Under the pieces are notes generated by a model, which made no database searches, had not been told where the DNA came from, and saw nothing but the letters and a program-made list of their open reading frames with translations. From Candidatus Ozemobacteraceae bacterium (GTDB taxonomy: Bacteria; Muiribacteriota; Ozemobacteria; Ozemobacterales; Ozemobacteraceae), in contig OZ223236.1 in assembly GCA_965140445.1 (NCBI GenBank), forward strand, positions 4,128,001 through 4,192,000: a stretch of DNA of 64,000 bases, written 5' to 3'. The translations under genes were made by a program, and so were the position numbers. Every line of letters begins with the position of its first letter. Position 1 is the stretch's first letter. Below are positions 19,466 through 29,291 of the stretch, one piece after another.

Positions 19466-20194
19466 ATGCACGTGGAACATCACAGATGGTACAGTCAGAA
19501 TATTGGTCACGATATGGATATTAAGGTTTATGGTCATTACGGCAGACCTCTCATCGTTTTTCCATGTGCTGGCGGCAGTTTCAATGAATTTGAAGATTTT
19601 GGAATGCTCGACATTGTTCGACAACACGTTGAAGAAGGAAAGCTGAAAATATTTTGCGTAGACAGTTTAGACAATGAATCCATCTTGCGTAAAGATGGAC
19701 ATATGGGTGACAACGTTTTCCGACATGAAGCTTACGATAAGTATATCGTTCATGAAGTTGTTCCTTTCATAAGAAATCATTGCCACGGAGATTGGAAAAT
19801 AGCTCTTACTGGCAACAGCATGGGCGCTTACCATTCAGTTAACTTCCTTTTGAGACACCCTGACGTATTTGACGCATGCATCGCGTTGGCTGGGGTTTAC
19901 ACGTTGAAGCAGGTTATTGGCGATTATTTTGACCAGAACGTGTATAACAATTCTCCACTCGATTACCTCCCTGGATTAAATGATCCGTGGTTCATTGATC
20001 AGATTCGCCAGGCAAAGATAATTGTATGCACAGGCCAAGGTCCTTGGGAATATCCAGAAGATTCCTGGCGCTTAAAGGCAATTTTTGAAGAAAAAGGAAT
20101 CCCGGCATTAGTTGACATGTGGGGTCATGATGTAAATCACGATTGGCCGTGGTGGAAAATCATGCTTCCTCAATTCCTTCCTCATATTTTATAG
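19466..20194 (+). CDS. Esterase family alpha/beta hydrolase
   Basis: VYGHYGRP, nucleophile GNSMG, GQGPWE, WGHDVNHDWPWW; AAGGAG SD before ATG 19466. Confidence 0.85.
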   Translation: MHVEHHRWYSQNIGHDMDIKVYGHYGRPLIVFPCAGGSFNEFEDFGMLDIVRQHVEEGKLKIFCVDSLDNESILRKDGHMGDNVFRHEAYDKYIVHEVVPFIRNHCHGDWKIALTGNSMGAYHSVNFLLRHPDVFDACIALAGVYTLKQVIGDYFDQNVYNNSPLDYLPGLNDPWFIDQIRQAKIIVCTGQGPWEYPEDSWRLKAIFEEKGIPALVDMWGHDVNHDWPWWKIMLPQFLPHIL

Positions 20195-20214
20195 TCTATA
20201 ATTCTGGGAACGAA

Positions 20215-20970
20215 ATGAAACAACCAAATTACGAAAACTATGCCTTTTTCTATGATCAGTTTGAACTAGCCGGTTACGGTGAATCAGAAGGCTTCAACCA
20301 GTTTCTTGAAGAGCTTTTTCACTCCAATCTGGTTAAGACTGTTTTAGACTTTTCCTGCGGAACCGGAGCTCAAGCAATTGGCCTTGCCCGCAGAGGATTT
20401 AAGGTAACTGCTTCTGATCTAAGTTCTGCGATGCTTGATTATGCGAAGAAAAAAGCGGGAAAGCTGGATATAGAATTCGTTAATGCGGATATGCGAACTG
20501 CCAAATTAGGTAAGTTCGATGCTGCCATTTCAATTTTCAACTCCATTGGACATCTTTCAAAAAAGGACTGTTCTATCTTTTTGAAAAACGCTTGTGACCA
20601 TCTTATTCCCGGAGGAATCTTTGTTACTGATATCTTCAATTTCAAGGCCATGCAAAATGGCGCTTTTGATGACTACAAGGATTTGTCCAGACAGGTTGAA
20701 ATTGAAGGAAAACTTGTTCATCACGTAAGACACTGCGATCTTGATGAAGAAACTAAAACCATAACTACAATATCAAGAACCTATTCACAGGATGGAGTAA
20801 ATGACCCGCAAATCGTTGAAGACAAGTGGGAAATGCAGATTTACAATCCAGAAGAAATATATGAAATGTTGGAATCGGCAGGCTTTTCCGAAATTAAAAT
20901 CTTTGGCCCATATGCAGAAGAATTTAATCCATTAGAATCGGAAACCATGTTGATTTTCTGCCAAAAATAA
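20215..20970 (+). CDS. Class I SAM-dependent methyltransferase
   Basis: VLDFSCGTG motif I, DLSSAML, ADMR, LIPGGIF. Confidence 0.9.
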   Translation: MKQPNYENYAFFYDQFELAGYGESEGFNQFLEELFHSNLVKTVLDFSCGTGAQAIGLARRGFKVTASDLSSAMLDYAKKKAGKLDIEFVNADMRTAKLGKFDAAISIFNSIGHLSKKDCSIFLKNACDHLIPGGIFVTDIFNFKAMQNGAFDDYKDLSRQVEIEGKLVHHVRHCDLDEETKTITTISRTYSQDGVNDPQIVEDKWEMQIYNPEEIYEMLESAGFSEIKIFGPYAEEFNPLESETMLIFCQK

Positions 20971-20988
20971 ACGAAAAGGACTTATAAA

Positions 20989-21267
20989 ATGGCTAAAGCA
21001 AGAGCGAGACACATACTTGTGGAATCAAAATCCGACTGCCTGGATCTTCTAAATCGAATCAATTCCGGAGAAGATTTTGCAGAAGTGGCAAAATCTCATT
21101 CAAAATGTCCATCAGGAGCAAAAGGTGGAGATCTTGGTGAATTCGGCCCTGGAATGATGGTCAAAGAATTTGATAAAGTTGTTTTTTCCGGTGACATCGG
21201 AGACATCTACGGACCTATCAAAACTCAGTTTGGCTTTCATTTAATCGAAATTCTTAGTCGAGATTAA
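20989..21267 (+). CDS. ppiC: Parvulin-type peptidyl-prolyl cis-trans isomerase
   Basis: ARHILV, FAEVAKSHSKCPSGAKGGDLGEFGPGMMVKEFD, KTQFGFHLI. Confidence 0.95.
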   Translation: MAKARARHILVESKSDCLDLLNRINSGEDFAEVAKSHSKCPSGAKGGDLGEFGPGMMVKEFDKVVFSGDIGDIYGPIKTQFGFHLIEILSRD

Positions 21268-21280
21268 AAATAAAACAATT

Positions 21281-21314
21281 AAAAAGTTTCTGCATAGCAG
21301 AAACTTTTTTTTTT
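21281..21314 (+). terminator. Intrinsic terminator
   Basis: AAAAAGTTTCTGC-ATA-GCAGAAACTTTTT followed by further Ts. Confidence 0.8.
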
Positions 21315-21392
21315 GCTCATTTTGCATTTTAAGATTAAACTATGAGTCATTAATGAAAATTACTTTTCGCTAATAATTTAAAATTGGATGAA

Positions 21393-22238
21393 ATGATGAA
21401 AATAAAAGTCTGGGGCAGCCGGGGAACACTACCAACGCCTGGCTCTGGTACATTAAAATATGGTGGCAATACTACCTGCATAGAAATAAAAAACCAGCAT
21501 GGATTTAGAACGATTGTTGATGCTGGATCTGGTATAAGATTACTTGGAAAAGAGATTTTGAGCGACAAGTCCTGTGATGAAATGTGCCTGGTTTTAACCC
21601 ACTCCCATTGGGATCACTTGATGGGTTTTCCATTCTTTGTGCCTGCGTATTTCTCAAAATATAAAATTAGTGTCTGTGGTGTTGCCTCAGCTAAAAATTA
21701 TATGAAACAGTCATTGGCAAGACAACTTGAAGCCCCATATTTTCCAGTGGATTTTGAACAGCTTAAGGCCCAGTTTTCCTTTGAATGTTCTTGTCCCGGG
21801 AATGGTTTTTGTAAAAGAATTATAACTGAAACCATAAGCTTAAACCATCCAAACGGCGGCTTTGGATATAAGTTCACAGAAAACAACAAGGTTTTTGTTT
21901 TTCTGACCGATAATGAACTTAGGGGCAACCACGAAGGTGGTAAATCTTTTGAAGAATATGTTGAATTTTGTAAAGGTGCAGATGTCCTTTTTCATGATGC
22001 CCAGTATACTGACAAAGATTACGAGAAAACCATTGGCTGGGGACACTCCACCTTTAATCAGGCTGTAGAGCTTGCTCTGAAAGCTGAAGTAAAAGAGTTA
22101 GGTTTCTTTCATCACGATCCAGACAGAACAGATGAAGACCTTGATTCAATAATTGAAAAACATCGAAATTCACTTTCACAAAAAGGTTCGAGTTTAAAGT
22201 TATATGGCGTTTTTGAAGGAATGGAAATTGACCTGTAA
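21393..22238 (+). CDS. MBL-fold metallohydrolase (RNase Z / phosphodiesterase-like)
   Basis: WGSRGT, GGNTTC, DAGSG, THSHWDH, TDNE, HDAQY, WGHS, FHHDP. Confidence 0.88.
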   Translation: MMKIKVWGSRGTLPTPGSGTLKYGGNTTCIEIKNQHGFRTIVDAGSGIRLLGKEILSDKSCDEMCLVLTHSHWDHLMGFPFFVPAYFSKYKISVCGVASAKNYMKQSLARQLEAPYFPVDFEQLKAQFSFECSCPGNGFCKRIITETISLNHPNGGFGYKFTENNKVFVFLTDNELRGNHEGGKSFEEYVEFCKGADVLFHDAQYTDKDYEKTIGWGHSTFNQAVELALKAEVKELGFFHHDPDRTDEDLDSIIEKHRNSLSQKGSSLKLYGVFEGMEIDL

Positions 22239-23035
22239 TGGAAAAGATATTTGCCAGCCTGGCCAATCGATTTAACCCAGACTCAATTACGGCGGTGGTG
22301 GTTTCATACACGCCAAATGTAGTTTCGGCTTTTTTAACTTTTATTATTTTCTGGTTTTTGTGGAAGCTCCTGGCAAATGGCCTGAACTTCTTTATCAAAA
22401 AAACCTCTCTTGATAAAACCCTTTCCGGTTTCTTTCAGGATGTCCTCAAATATTTAATTGTGGGCGCAGGTCTGCTTTCGGCTTTAAGCGAGCTGGGAAT
22501 AAACACAGCATCTCTTTTAGCCAGTTTGGGTGTTGCAGGGCTAACCATTGGTTTTGCGGCCAAGGACACCCTCTCAAATCTAATTTCAGGACTATTTATA
22601 TTCTGGGATCGCCCATTTGCTATTGGCGATATTGTAGAAATTGGAAGTGACTATGGTCGAGTTTCTGACATTACATTACGTTCAACAAGAGTGGTAACCC
22701 CAGATGGAAAAATGATTGCATTGCCAAATTCAAAGGTAATCGCATCAGTTGTTACTTCTTATACTAATTTTCCCCATCTGCGAATAGCTACAACATATTC
22801 ATTTCCAGCTACCGTTAACCGAGCAAAAATTAGAGAAAATTTTACAAAACTGGTTAGCAAAGATCCCAGCTTTCTAAAAAACCCTGAGCCACAAGTTCTT
22901 GTTGAGACAGCTGACACTACCAAGGTTACACTGAAGTTTCTGGTGTGGATACAAGACGAGAAACAACACCAGATTCTGGAACACCAGTTAAGAGAATCTG
23001 TTTATGATACTTTTGTGGAGCAAATGAAAAACTAA
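22238..23035 (+). CDS. mscS: Small-conductance mechanosensitive channel (MscS family)
   Basis: LASLGVAGLTIGFAAKDTLSNLISG, DRPFAIGD, ITLRST, PNS. Confidence 0.88.
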   Translation: MEKIFASLANRFNPDSITAVVVSYTPNVVSAFLTFIIFWFLWKLLANGLNFFIKKTSLDKTLSGFFQDVLKYLIVGAGLLSALSELGINTASLLASLGVAGLTIGFAAKDTLSNLISGLFIFWDRPFAIGDIVEIGSDYGRVSDITLRSTRVVTPDGKMIALPNSKVIASVVTSYTNFPHLRIATTYSFPATVNRAKIRENFTKLVSKDPSFLKNPEPQVLVETADTTKVTLKFLVWIQDEKQHQILEHQLRESVYDTFVEQMKN

Positions 23036-23111
23036 CCTTATGTAATGCATTATCTACCATAAAATAAAGTCATAATTGGATAAGCAAATTGTTGAGAGGG
23101 ATTAGACTCCT

Positions 23112-25892
23112 ATGAGCCATAGGTTAATTGAGATTATTTCAATTTTCTTTTTTGCCAATTTAGGATTGAAACTATTTAGATATGGTATGGCGGCAGCCCA
23201 AATAGCTGCAATTCGATTTACCCGTTCCAGCTTCACCCTTGTTGATAAATCTGAAGAGAACTCTTTATACCAGGCGGCATTCTCTGAAGCAGATGAAACC
23301 ATGAGTTCTCTTGGGTTTAACTATTCCTTCTCCTATAGCTTTAAACCAGCAATTGTCCAAGACAAAACCCTTCATTTCGGTCGAATATATAAAAACAATT
23401 CTGACAAAACTTACGCACAACTTTTTGTTTGCGAAGAAAACCAGCCAGACAAAGCATTTTCAACTAATTTTATTACCTTTATCGACTCAGAAAAATCTCT
23501 AAATACTCTCAATCGAATTCTCACTATAAGCCTATCTACACACCCTAATAGAAAATGTGAAGATATGTGCTGTGACAATTTGCCTGAACAATGGCAATTC
23601 CACAAAACCAGAATTGAAAGCCTGGATAAAGAAGCGATCGTAACTTATGACCTCAACCAAGACTTTATTGATCGACTCGAAAAAGATCATGCAAAAGAAC
23701 TTGAATCACATGAGTTGGTAGAAAATCAGGAGGGAGAAAAACAAATCCCAATAAAAAAGGCTTATTCAGCCGGTATAAATATCCTGAAAGGCTATCAGGA
23801 ATTATCAAAAAATTTTGCAAAATGTAACTTTCCGGAAAAGTTACCAACTGGTTATGCAGAAGCTGAATTGATAAGGTTTAATAGATTAAAAACAATTAGC
23901 AATTCCGTAAAAACAAGCTTTTGGCATAAACTGGCTCTCATGATTTTAAGCCTGGGTCTATCAACCATCGCATTTGGCTTGCTCTTCTCATGGAGTTTTA
24001 TGCCAATCTTGATTATGGTTTTATTCTTGCACGAATCTGGTCACATGTTGGCAATGATCATTTTTGGTTACAAAAAAAGACAAATGCTTTTTTTGCCTCC
24101 ATTTGGAGCAGTGGCAATGGGTGAGAAGCCAAACGCAAAATCATGGCAAACGCTTATCGTACTTTTGATGGGGCCAATTCCTGGGCTCATCCTTGCTATT
24201 GGAATTATTTTGGTCTACCCGACAAAGGACTCAAAATTGCTTACAGAAGCAGTTGGGACACTTGCTTTTATTAATTTCCTCAATTTCCTTCCAATCTACC
24301 CGTTAGATGGAGGAAAAATATTTGAATTGCTTTTTTTGACAAGATTTCCAAAAATTAAGTCTATTTTCAGCGGTATCAGTATACTACCATTTGCAATTGC
24401 AGGAATATGGCTAAAAGATACATTTTTAATAATTCTTGCGCTCTTTTTTGCATGGATTTTTATAAAAAAAATCAAAGCTACAAGCCTTAATAAGAAAAAA
24501 ATAGTTCACTCAGACAATGAGCTAGAAAGTAAAATTGCTCCTTTGCATTCAATCATTTTCGAAATCTTAAACACTCCACTACGAAAAGGATTGTTCATGC
24601 ATAGGTTTCAAGCGATAAAGCACAGGCTGGAAGTTTCCACACTAAAACCCCCAGGTTGGATAACCTTTATTACTGGCTCAGCCTTTTACTTTTCAGTTTT
24701 GCTGGGACCTTTTGCCTTGGCAATAATTGGGAATACAATATCCAGCAAGAAATCTAATCGCCCAGCAATCACACGGGACTGGGAAAAAGACTTGTCTGCT
24801 GAATCAAGTGATGAAGGCAAGTTTTATATTCTCCTTGATGCTTTTGATGATTTTTATTATGAACATAATATCCCAGAGTCAGATAAATACAGGCAGAGAG
24901 CAATTGAAAGGGCTTCAAAAATGGCCCCTCCAGAAAAATGGTTAACCAAAGCTTACTGCAGCTTTCTTGAATCTTGTTACAGAGATGAAGATGCTTTAAA
25001 TAGATTAGAATTCTTTGAGAAAGGAATGAAACTTTCTGAAGATTTACCTGATCCTGACCGTGGTATTGCTGTAAGCAAACTCACAACAAACTTTTTTTTC
25101 TCTGTGAATTCACCATCGGACAAACAAATAAAGCAATTAGAAAATGCTATAGGTGTTTGTCGAAAAAGCTTACCTCAAGGACACCCGGCAAGGTATGAAC
25201 TTTACGGGGCTTTTCTGTACCAATTACGCAATGGAAAGTTATATGAAAAAGCAGACTCTTTTATTAAGAGCGTCACCGATGAAATACCAGCAAAAGTAGA
25301 CCTCGATTATGCTGTATACCATAAGTTTGCAGCTTCATATCTGGGAGAGCAGAAAAGAGATTTAGAGGCAATTTCCCTACTAACTAACTTCCTTAAAAAC
25401 TCAGAAACAAATTCAAAAAAATCAAAGGACTACCTTAATTTACCCTTGAATGGGCTTTCCATTGGATCAGTAGAAGATCGCATGAAAATAGAAGAAAGAG
25501 TTAGGGTTTTAAACGATTTGGGGTGGTTTTTTGGACGGACTGGGAATTTATCCAAAGCAAAAATACAATTTGAGCTGTCACACTTACTTGCATCAAAAGT
25601 GAACACTCCTGTTGAGGAGGGGAAACTTAGTAAATCCAAGGAAATCAGCTTAAAATTAAAAATTGCCCCAACAAAAATTCAGTTAGCGTGGATTAACTGG
25701 AAAAATGGTAATCCTCTCTCTGCCATTGAAACTATAAAAGAGATAAAAACAACTTCAGATTCAAATAAATCCTCTCTGTCAGATTTTATTCGACGGCATT
25801 TTTTCTTCAGCAAAGAGCAGACAAATAATATTAATTGTTTTAGACAAAAACAAATATACGAAATGTTAGAAGATCTAGGTTTTAATGGGTAA
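23112..25892 (+). CDS. Site-2 protease (M50) family intramembrane metalloprotease with large accessory domains
   Basis: LHESGH in a TM segment, LMGP, NFLPIYPLDGG; N-terminal soluble domain and TPR-like C-terminus. Confidence 0.82.
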   Translation: MSHRLIEIISIFFFANLGLKLFRYGMAAAQIAAIRFTRSSFTLVDKSEENSLYQAAFSEADETMSSLGFNYSFSYSFKPAIVQDKTLHFGRIYKNNSDKTYAQLFVCEENQPDKAFSTNFITFIDSEKSLNTLNRILTISLSTHPNRKCEDMCCDNLPEQWQFHKTRIESLDKEAIVTYDLNQDFIDRLEKDHAKELESHELVENQEGEKQIPIKKAYSAGINILKGYQELSKNFAKCNFPEKLPTGYAEAELIRFNRLKTISNSVKTSFWHKLALMILSLGLSTIAFGLLFSWSFMPILIMVLFLHESGHMLAMIIFGYKKRQMLFLPPFGAVAMGEKPNAKSWQTLIVLLMGPIPGLILAIGIILVYPTKDSKLLTEAVGTLAFINFLNFLPIYPLDGGKIFELLFLTRFPKIKSIFSGISILPFAIAGIWLKDTFLIILALFFAWIFIKKIKATSLNKKKIVHSDNELESKIAPLHSIIFEILNTPLRKGLFMHRFQAIKHRLEVSTLKPPGWITFITGSAFYFSVLLGPFALAIIGNTISSKKSNRPAITRDWEKDLSAESSDEGKFYILLDAFDDFYYEHNIPESDKYRQRAIERASKMAPPEKWLTKAYCSFLESCYRDEDALNRLEFFEKGMKLSEDLPDPDRGIAVSKLTTNFFFSVNSPSDKQIKQLENAIGVCRKSLPQGHPARYELYGAFLYQLRNGKLYEKADSFIKSVTDEIPAKVDLDYAVYHKFAASYLGEQKRDLEAISLLTNFLKNSETNSKKSKDYLNLPLNGLSIGSVEDRMKIEERVRVLNDLGWFFGRTGNLSKAKIQFELSHLLASKVNTPVEEGKLSKSKEISLKLKIAPTKIQLAWINWKNGNPLSAIETIKEIKTTSDSNKSSLSDFIRRHFFFSKEQTNNINCFRQKQIYEMLEDLGFNG

Positions 25893-26065
25893 CAATAAAA
25901 AATGCCACCAACAATGACTTTTTCTCCAACTTTTCTAGAGCTACCAAAAAAGGAAAAATAGTTCAATTTTTGACAAATGCATTGCCGGGCTGACATCTGC
26001 CATTTTTTCGAGTATGATTAGCGAATATTAAATCAAATCAAACTATTTAGACACTGGAGTTGATT

Positions 26066-28213
26066 ATGCACGTAAAACCTGGTTCTCCCTATCCATTAGG
26101 GGCCAATTGGGATGGAAAAGGAGTAAATTTTGCTCTTTACTCCGAAAACGCCCATGGAGTTGAACTCTGCCTCTTTGATGAAGAAATGAGAGAAACTCGA
26201 ATTCATCTTAGACAGCGCACCGCCTTTGTTTGGCACATTTATCTTGAAGGAATTCAACCAGGCCAAAAATACGGTTATAGAGTTCATGGACCATATGAAC
26301 CGGAAAAAGGTTTTAGATTTAATTCTAATGTGGTTTTACTAGATCCTTATGCAAAAGCTCTAAGCGGAACCGAAAACCATGAGCTCGGACTATTTGCCTA
26401 TGACACTTCACACCCTTTAAAGGATCTTGTTCCAAATGCAAAACAAGCTTTGGGAGCACCACTTGGCGTTGTTATTGATTCCAGATTTGACTGGGAAGAT
26501 GATGTTAAGCCGCGCCACCCATTTCATAGAGCAATTATTTATGAAGCCCATGCACGTGGCCTTACAATGCTAAACAAAAGCTTACCCGAGGAAATTCGGG
26601 GGACCTATGCAGGCATTGGTGCGGAACCAACCATTCAGTATTTGAAAGACCTTGGCATAACAACGTTAGAGCTTTTACCGGTTCATCAGCACATTGATGA
26701 CCCGTTTCTTTATGAAAAAAACCTGAAAAACTATTGGGGATATAGCACCCTTTCCTTTTTTGCACCAGAAATTCGCTACAGCTCAGATAAAACACCGGGT
26801 GGAGCAGTAAATGAGTTTAAGCAAATGGTTAAGTCGCTACATAAAGCCGGGATTGAAGTAATTATTGATGTCGTTTACAACCACACAGGTGAAGGGAATC
26901 ATAATGGTCCTTCATTCTGCTTCAAGGGCATTGATAACCCAACCTACTATCGTCTTTCGCATGAAAATCCCAGATACTATGTAGATTTCACCGGAACTGG
27001 CAACACACTTAACGTTTTACACCCACAAACACTTCAGCTTATTATGGACTCTTTACGTTACTGGACTCAGGAAATGCGTATCGATGGCTTCAGATTTGAC
27101 CTTGCCAGCACCCTTGCCCGTGAGATGCACTTCTGGAATCAGCTCTCAAGCTTTTTTACTATTATTCATCAGGACCCGATAATCAGTCAGACGAAGTTGA
27201 TTGCAGAGCCCTGGGACATTGGCGAAGGCGGCTATCAGGTCGGAAACTTCCCTGTTTTGTGGGCTGAATGGAATGGAAAATACCGAGACATCATCAGATC
27301 TTTCTGGAAAGGCGACGGCGGCTGCACAGGAGAAGTTGGTTACAGATTAACTGGAAGCAGTGATCTATATGAAGATGATGGACGCAGACCTCATGCGAGC
27401 GTTAACTTTATTACTGCTCACGACGGTTTTACGCTTAGAGATCTGGTTTCTTATGAACATAAGCATAATCACAACAACCTTGAAGACAACAGGGATGGAC
27501 ACCACGATAATCGCTCCTGGAACTGTGGGCAGGAAGGCGAAACCGATGATCCTCGCATAAAAGCTCTCAGAATTCGCCAAATGAGAAACTTTATGGCTAC
27601 CCTTCTCATATCACAAGGAACTCCGATGATTTGCGGAGGAGATGAAGTAGCAAGAACTCAAAATGGCAATAACAATGCTTATTGCCAGGACAACGAAATA
27701 AGTTGGCAACAGTGGGATTTAACCGAAGAGCAGTTAAAGTTTCTTGAATTTACCAAAAAAGTTATAAAAATTCGCAAAGAGCACCCGGCTCTTCATAGAA
27801 CAAAATTCTTCAAAGGAAGAAAAATTCGCGGAAGTAACATTCGAGACATAATCTGGTTCCGCCCTGATGGACATGAAATGGACGATGAAGACTGGTCACA
27901 TCCACAAACCCGAGGAATAACAATGTTTCTGTCAGGAACAGGGTTAGATGATGTTGATGAAAATGGGATACCAATACAGGATTCTAATTTAATAATCATG
28001 CTAAACGCTTCTTCAATGGACGCCCAGTTCTTCTTTCCAGATTTTGAAGTAGACTGGCAAATGATATTGAATACTGCCAATCCAGATGAAACAGAAACCG
28101 GAAAATCCGGAGAAGCAACTCTGCTTTCCGGGCATTCTCTGAAAATTTTTGTTTATGATGGAGAACTTAAACCGCTTCCACCTCCGCGTGGGCGTAGGTC
28201 AAAAAAGCGTTAA
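26066..28213 (+). CDS. glgX: Glycogen debranching enzyme (isoamylase, GH13)
   Basis: [55 protein letters not shown] before ATG 26066. Confidence 0.97.
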   Translation: MHVKPGSPYPLGANWDGKGVNFALYSENAHGVELCLFDEEMRETRIHLRQRTAFVWHIYLEGIQPGQKYGYRVHGPYEPEKGFRFNSNVVLLDPYAKALSGTENHELGLFAYDTSHPLKDLVPNAKQALGAPLGVVIDSRFDWEDDVKPRHPFHRAIIYEAHARGLTMLNKSLPEEIRGTYAGIGAEPTIQYLKDLGITTLELLPVHQHIDDPFLYEKNLKNYWGYSTLSFFAPEIRYSSDKTPGGAVNEFKQMVKSLHKAGIEVIIDVVYNHTGEGNHNGPSFCFKGIDNPTYYRLSHENPRYYVDFTGTGNTLNVLHPQTLQLIMDSLRYWTQEMRIDGFRFDLASTLAREMHFWNQLSSFFTIIHQDPIISQTKLIAEPWDIGEGGYQVGNFPVLWAEWNGKYRDIIRSFWKGDGGCTGEVGYRLTGSSDLYEDDGRRPHASVNFITAHDGFTLRDLVSYEHKHNHNNLEDNRDGHHDNRSWNCGQEGETDDPRIKALRIRQMRNFMATLLISQGTPMICGGDEVARTQNGNNNAYCQDNEISWQQWDLTEEQLKFLEFTKKVIKIRKEHPALHRTKFFKGRKIRGSNIRDIIWFRPDGHEMDDEDWSHPQTRGITMFLSGTGLDDVDENGIPIQDSNLIIMLNASSMDAQFFFPDFEVDWQMILNTANPDETETGKSGEATLLSGHSLKIFVYDGELKPLPPPRGRRSKKR

Positions 28214-28227
28214 CTAAATTTAGCCAG

Positions 28228-28269
28228 AAAAAAAGGTCGAAGATCAAAGCTTCGACCTTTTCTTTTTTT
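28228..28269 (+). terminator. Intrinsic terminator after glgX
   Basis: AAAAGGTCGAAG...CTTCGACCTTTT followed by T run. Confidence 0.85.
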
Positions 28270-28343
28270 AATTGCTTGCTGGAAAAGGCACAGTCTAAAG
28301 GGTAAGATTGTAGAAGAAGAAAAAAATAAGAGGAGGCTACTGA

Positions 28344-29291
28344 ATGAGCCAGTATTATTTGCTCCTTGGGCCAACTTTAGGTTTTGTCCTGGGGATTTTT
28401 ATGGCCTGGTTTCTTTCCTATTCCAAGATAAAACAACTTGAATTAGATTCTCAAAAAGAGATTAAAGGCTTGAAAGAAGAGCTTAAAGAGCTTTCTGAAG
28501 TAGAAGAAAACTATCAAAGATCAACCACACGTCTGGAAGATAGCCATGCGACAATTGAGCGGTTACAGGGGCAACTAGCGGAAATTGGAACAGAACTAAA
28601 AGCACAGATGGAACAAAGATCCGCATTAGAAGAAAGAATTAAGCGAATTGAAATTTTAGAAAAACATATAGCAGAACTGAAAATAGTTGAAAAAGAAAAA
28701 AATCAGCTGAAAGAAAAAATTTCTGCCCTTGAAAGTGTTAGCTCGGAGTTTAAATCCAACCATGAGGATCTAAAGTCTGAAAAAAAAGAACTACTTAAAG
28801 AAGTTGATGGATTGCGCAAACAAATTTTGGAGTTGCAAAGCAGTGAAAAGAATTCCGCAGTAATTAAAGAAAGAGCTGAAAGGCTCCAGCATGAAAATTC
28901 CAATTTACTAAAAGAAAATGAACAACTGCGCTACATGCAAGATCAGCTTGGGCACCTGGATGAAATTAAGCAGTTATATAGCAAAACTGTAGAAGAAAAC
29001 AATGTGTTAAAAAATCAGGATATTGCGCGGCACTTCATTGAGATCAAAGATGGCCTTGAACAAAGTATCAGGGCTTATAACAGAATGTTAAACATGGTTG
29101 ATAAGCAATCTCTACCAGATAATAGTATAATCGAGATTGAAGCCAGCGAAAAACATTCCACTGGTGAAAAAGAAGTAGAAAACCAATCTTCAGATTCTGA
29201 AAATCAGCGTTCTGAAGAAGAAGTTTTAAGTGAACTTGAAACAGATACAGAAGATTTGAAAAATTTGGATGGAGTAGTTGAGAATGATTAG
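28344..29291 (+). CDS. Membrane-anchored coiled-coil hypothetical protein
   Basis: N-terminal TM helix, long E/K/L heptad region, acidic tail; GAGGAGG SD. Confidence 0.8.
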   Translation: MSQYYLLLGPTLGFVLGIFMAWFLSYSKIKQLELDSQKEIKGLKEELKELSEVEENYQRSTTRLEDSHATIERLQGQLAEIGTELKAQMEQRSALEERIKRIEILEKHIAELKIVEKEKNQLKEKISALESVSSEFKSNHEDLKSEKKELLKEVDGLRKQILELQSSEKNSAVIKERAERLQHENSNLLKENEQLRYMQDQLGHLDEIKQLYSKTVEENNVLKNQDIARHFIEIKDGLEQSIRAYNRMLNMVDKQSLPDNSIIEIEASEKHSTGEKEVENQSSDSENQRSEEEVLSELETDTEDLKNLDGVVEND

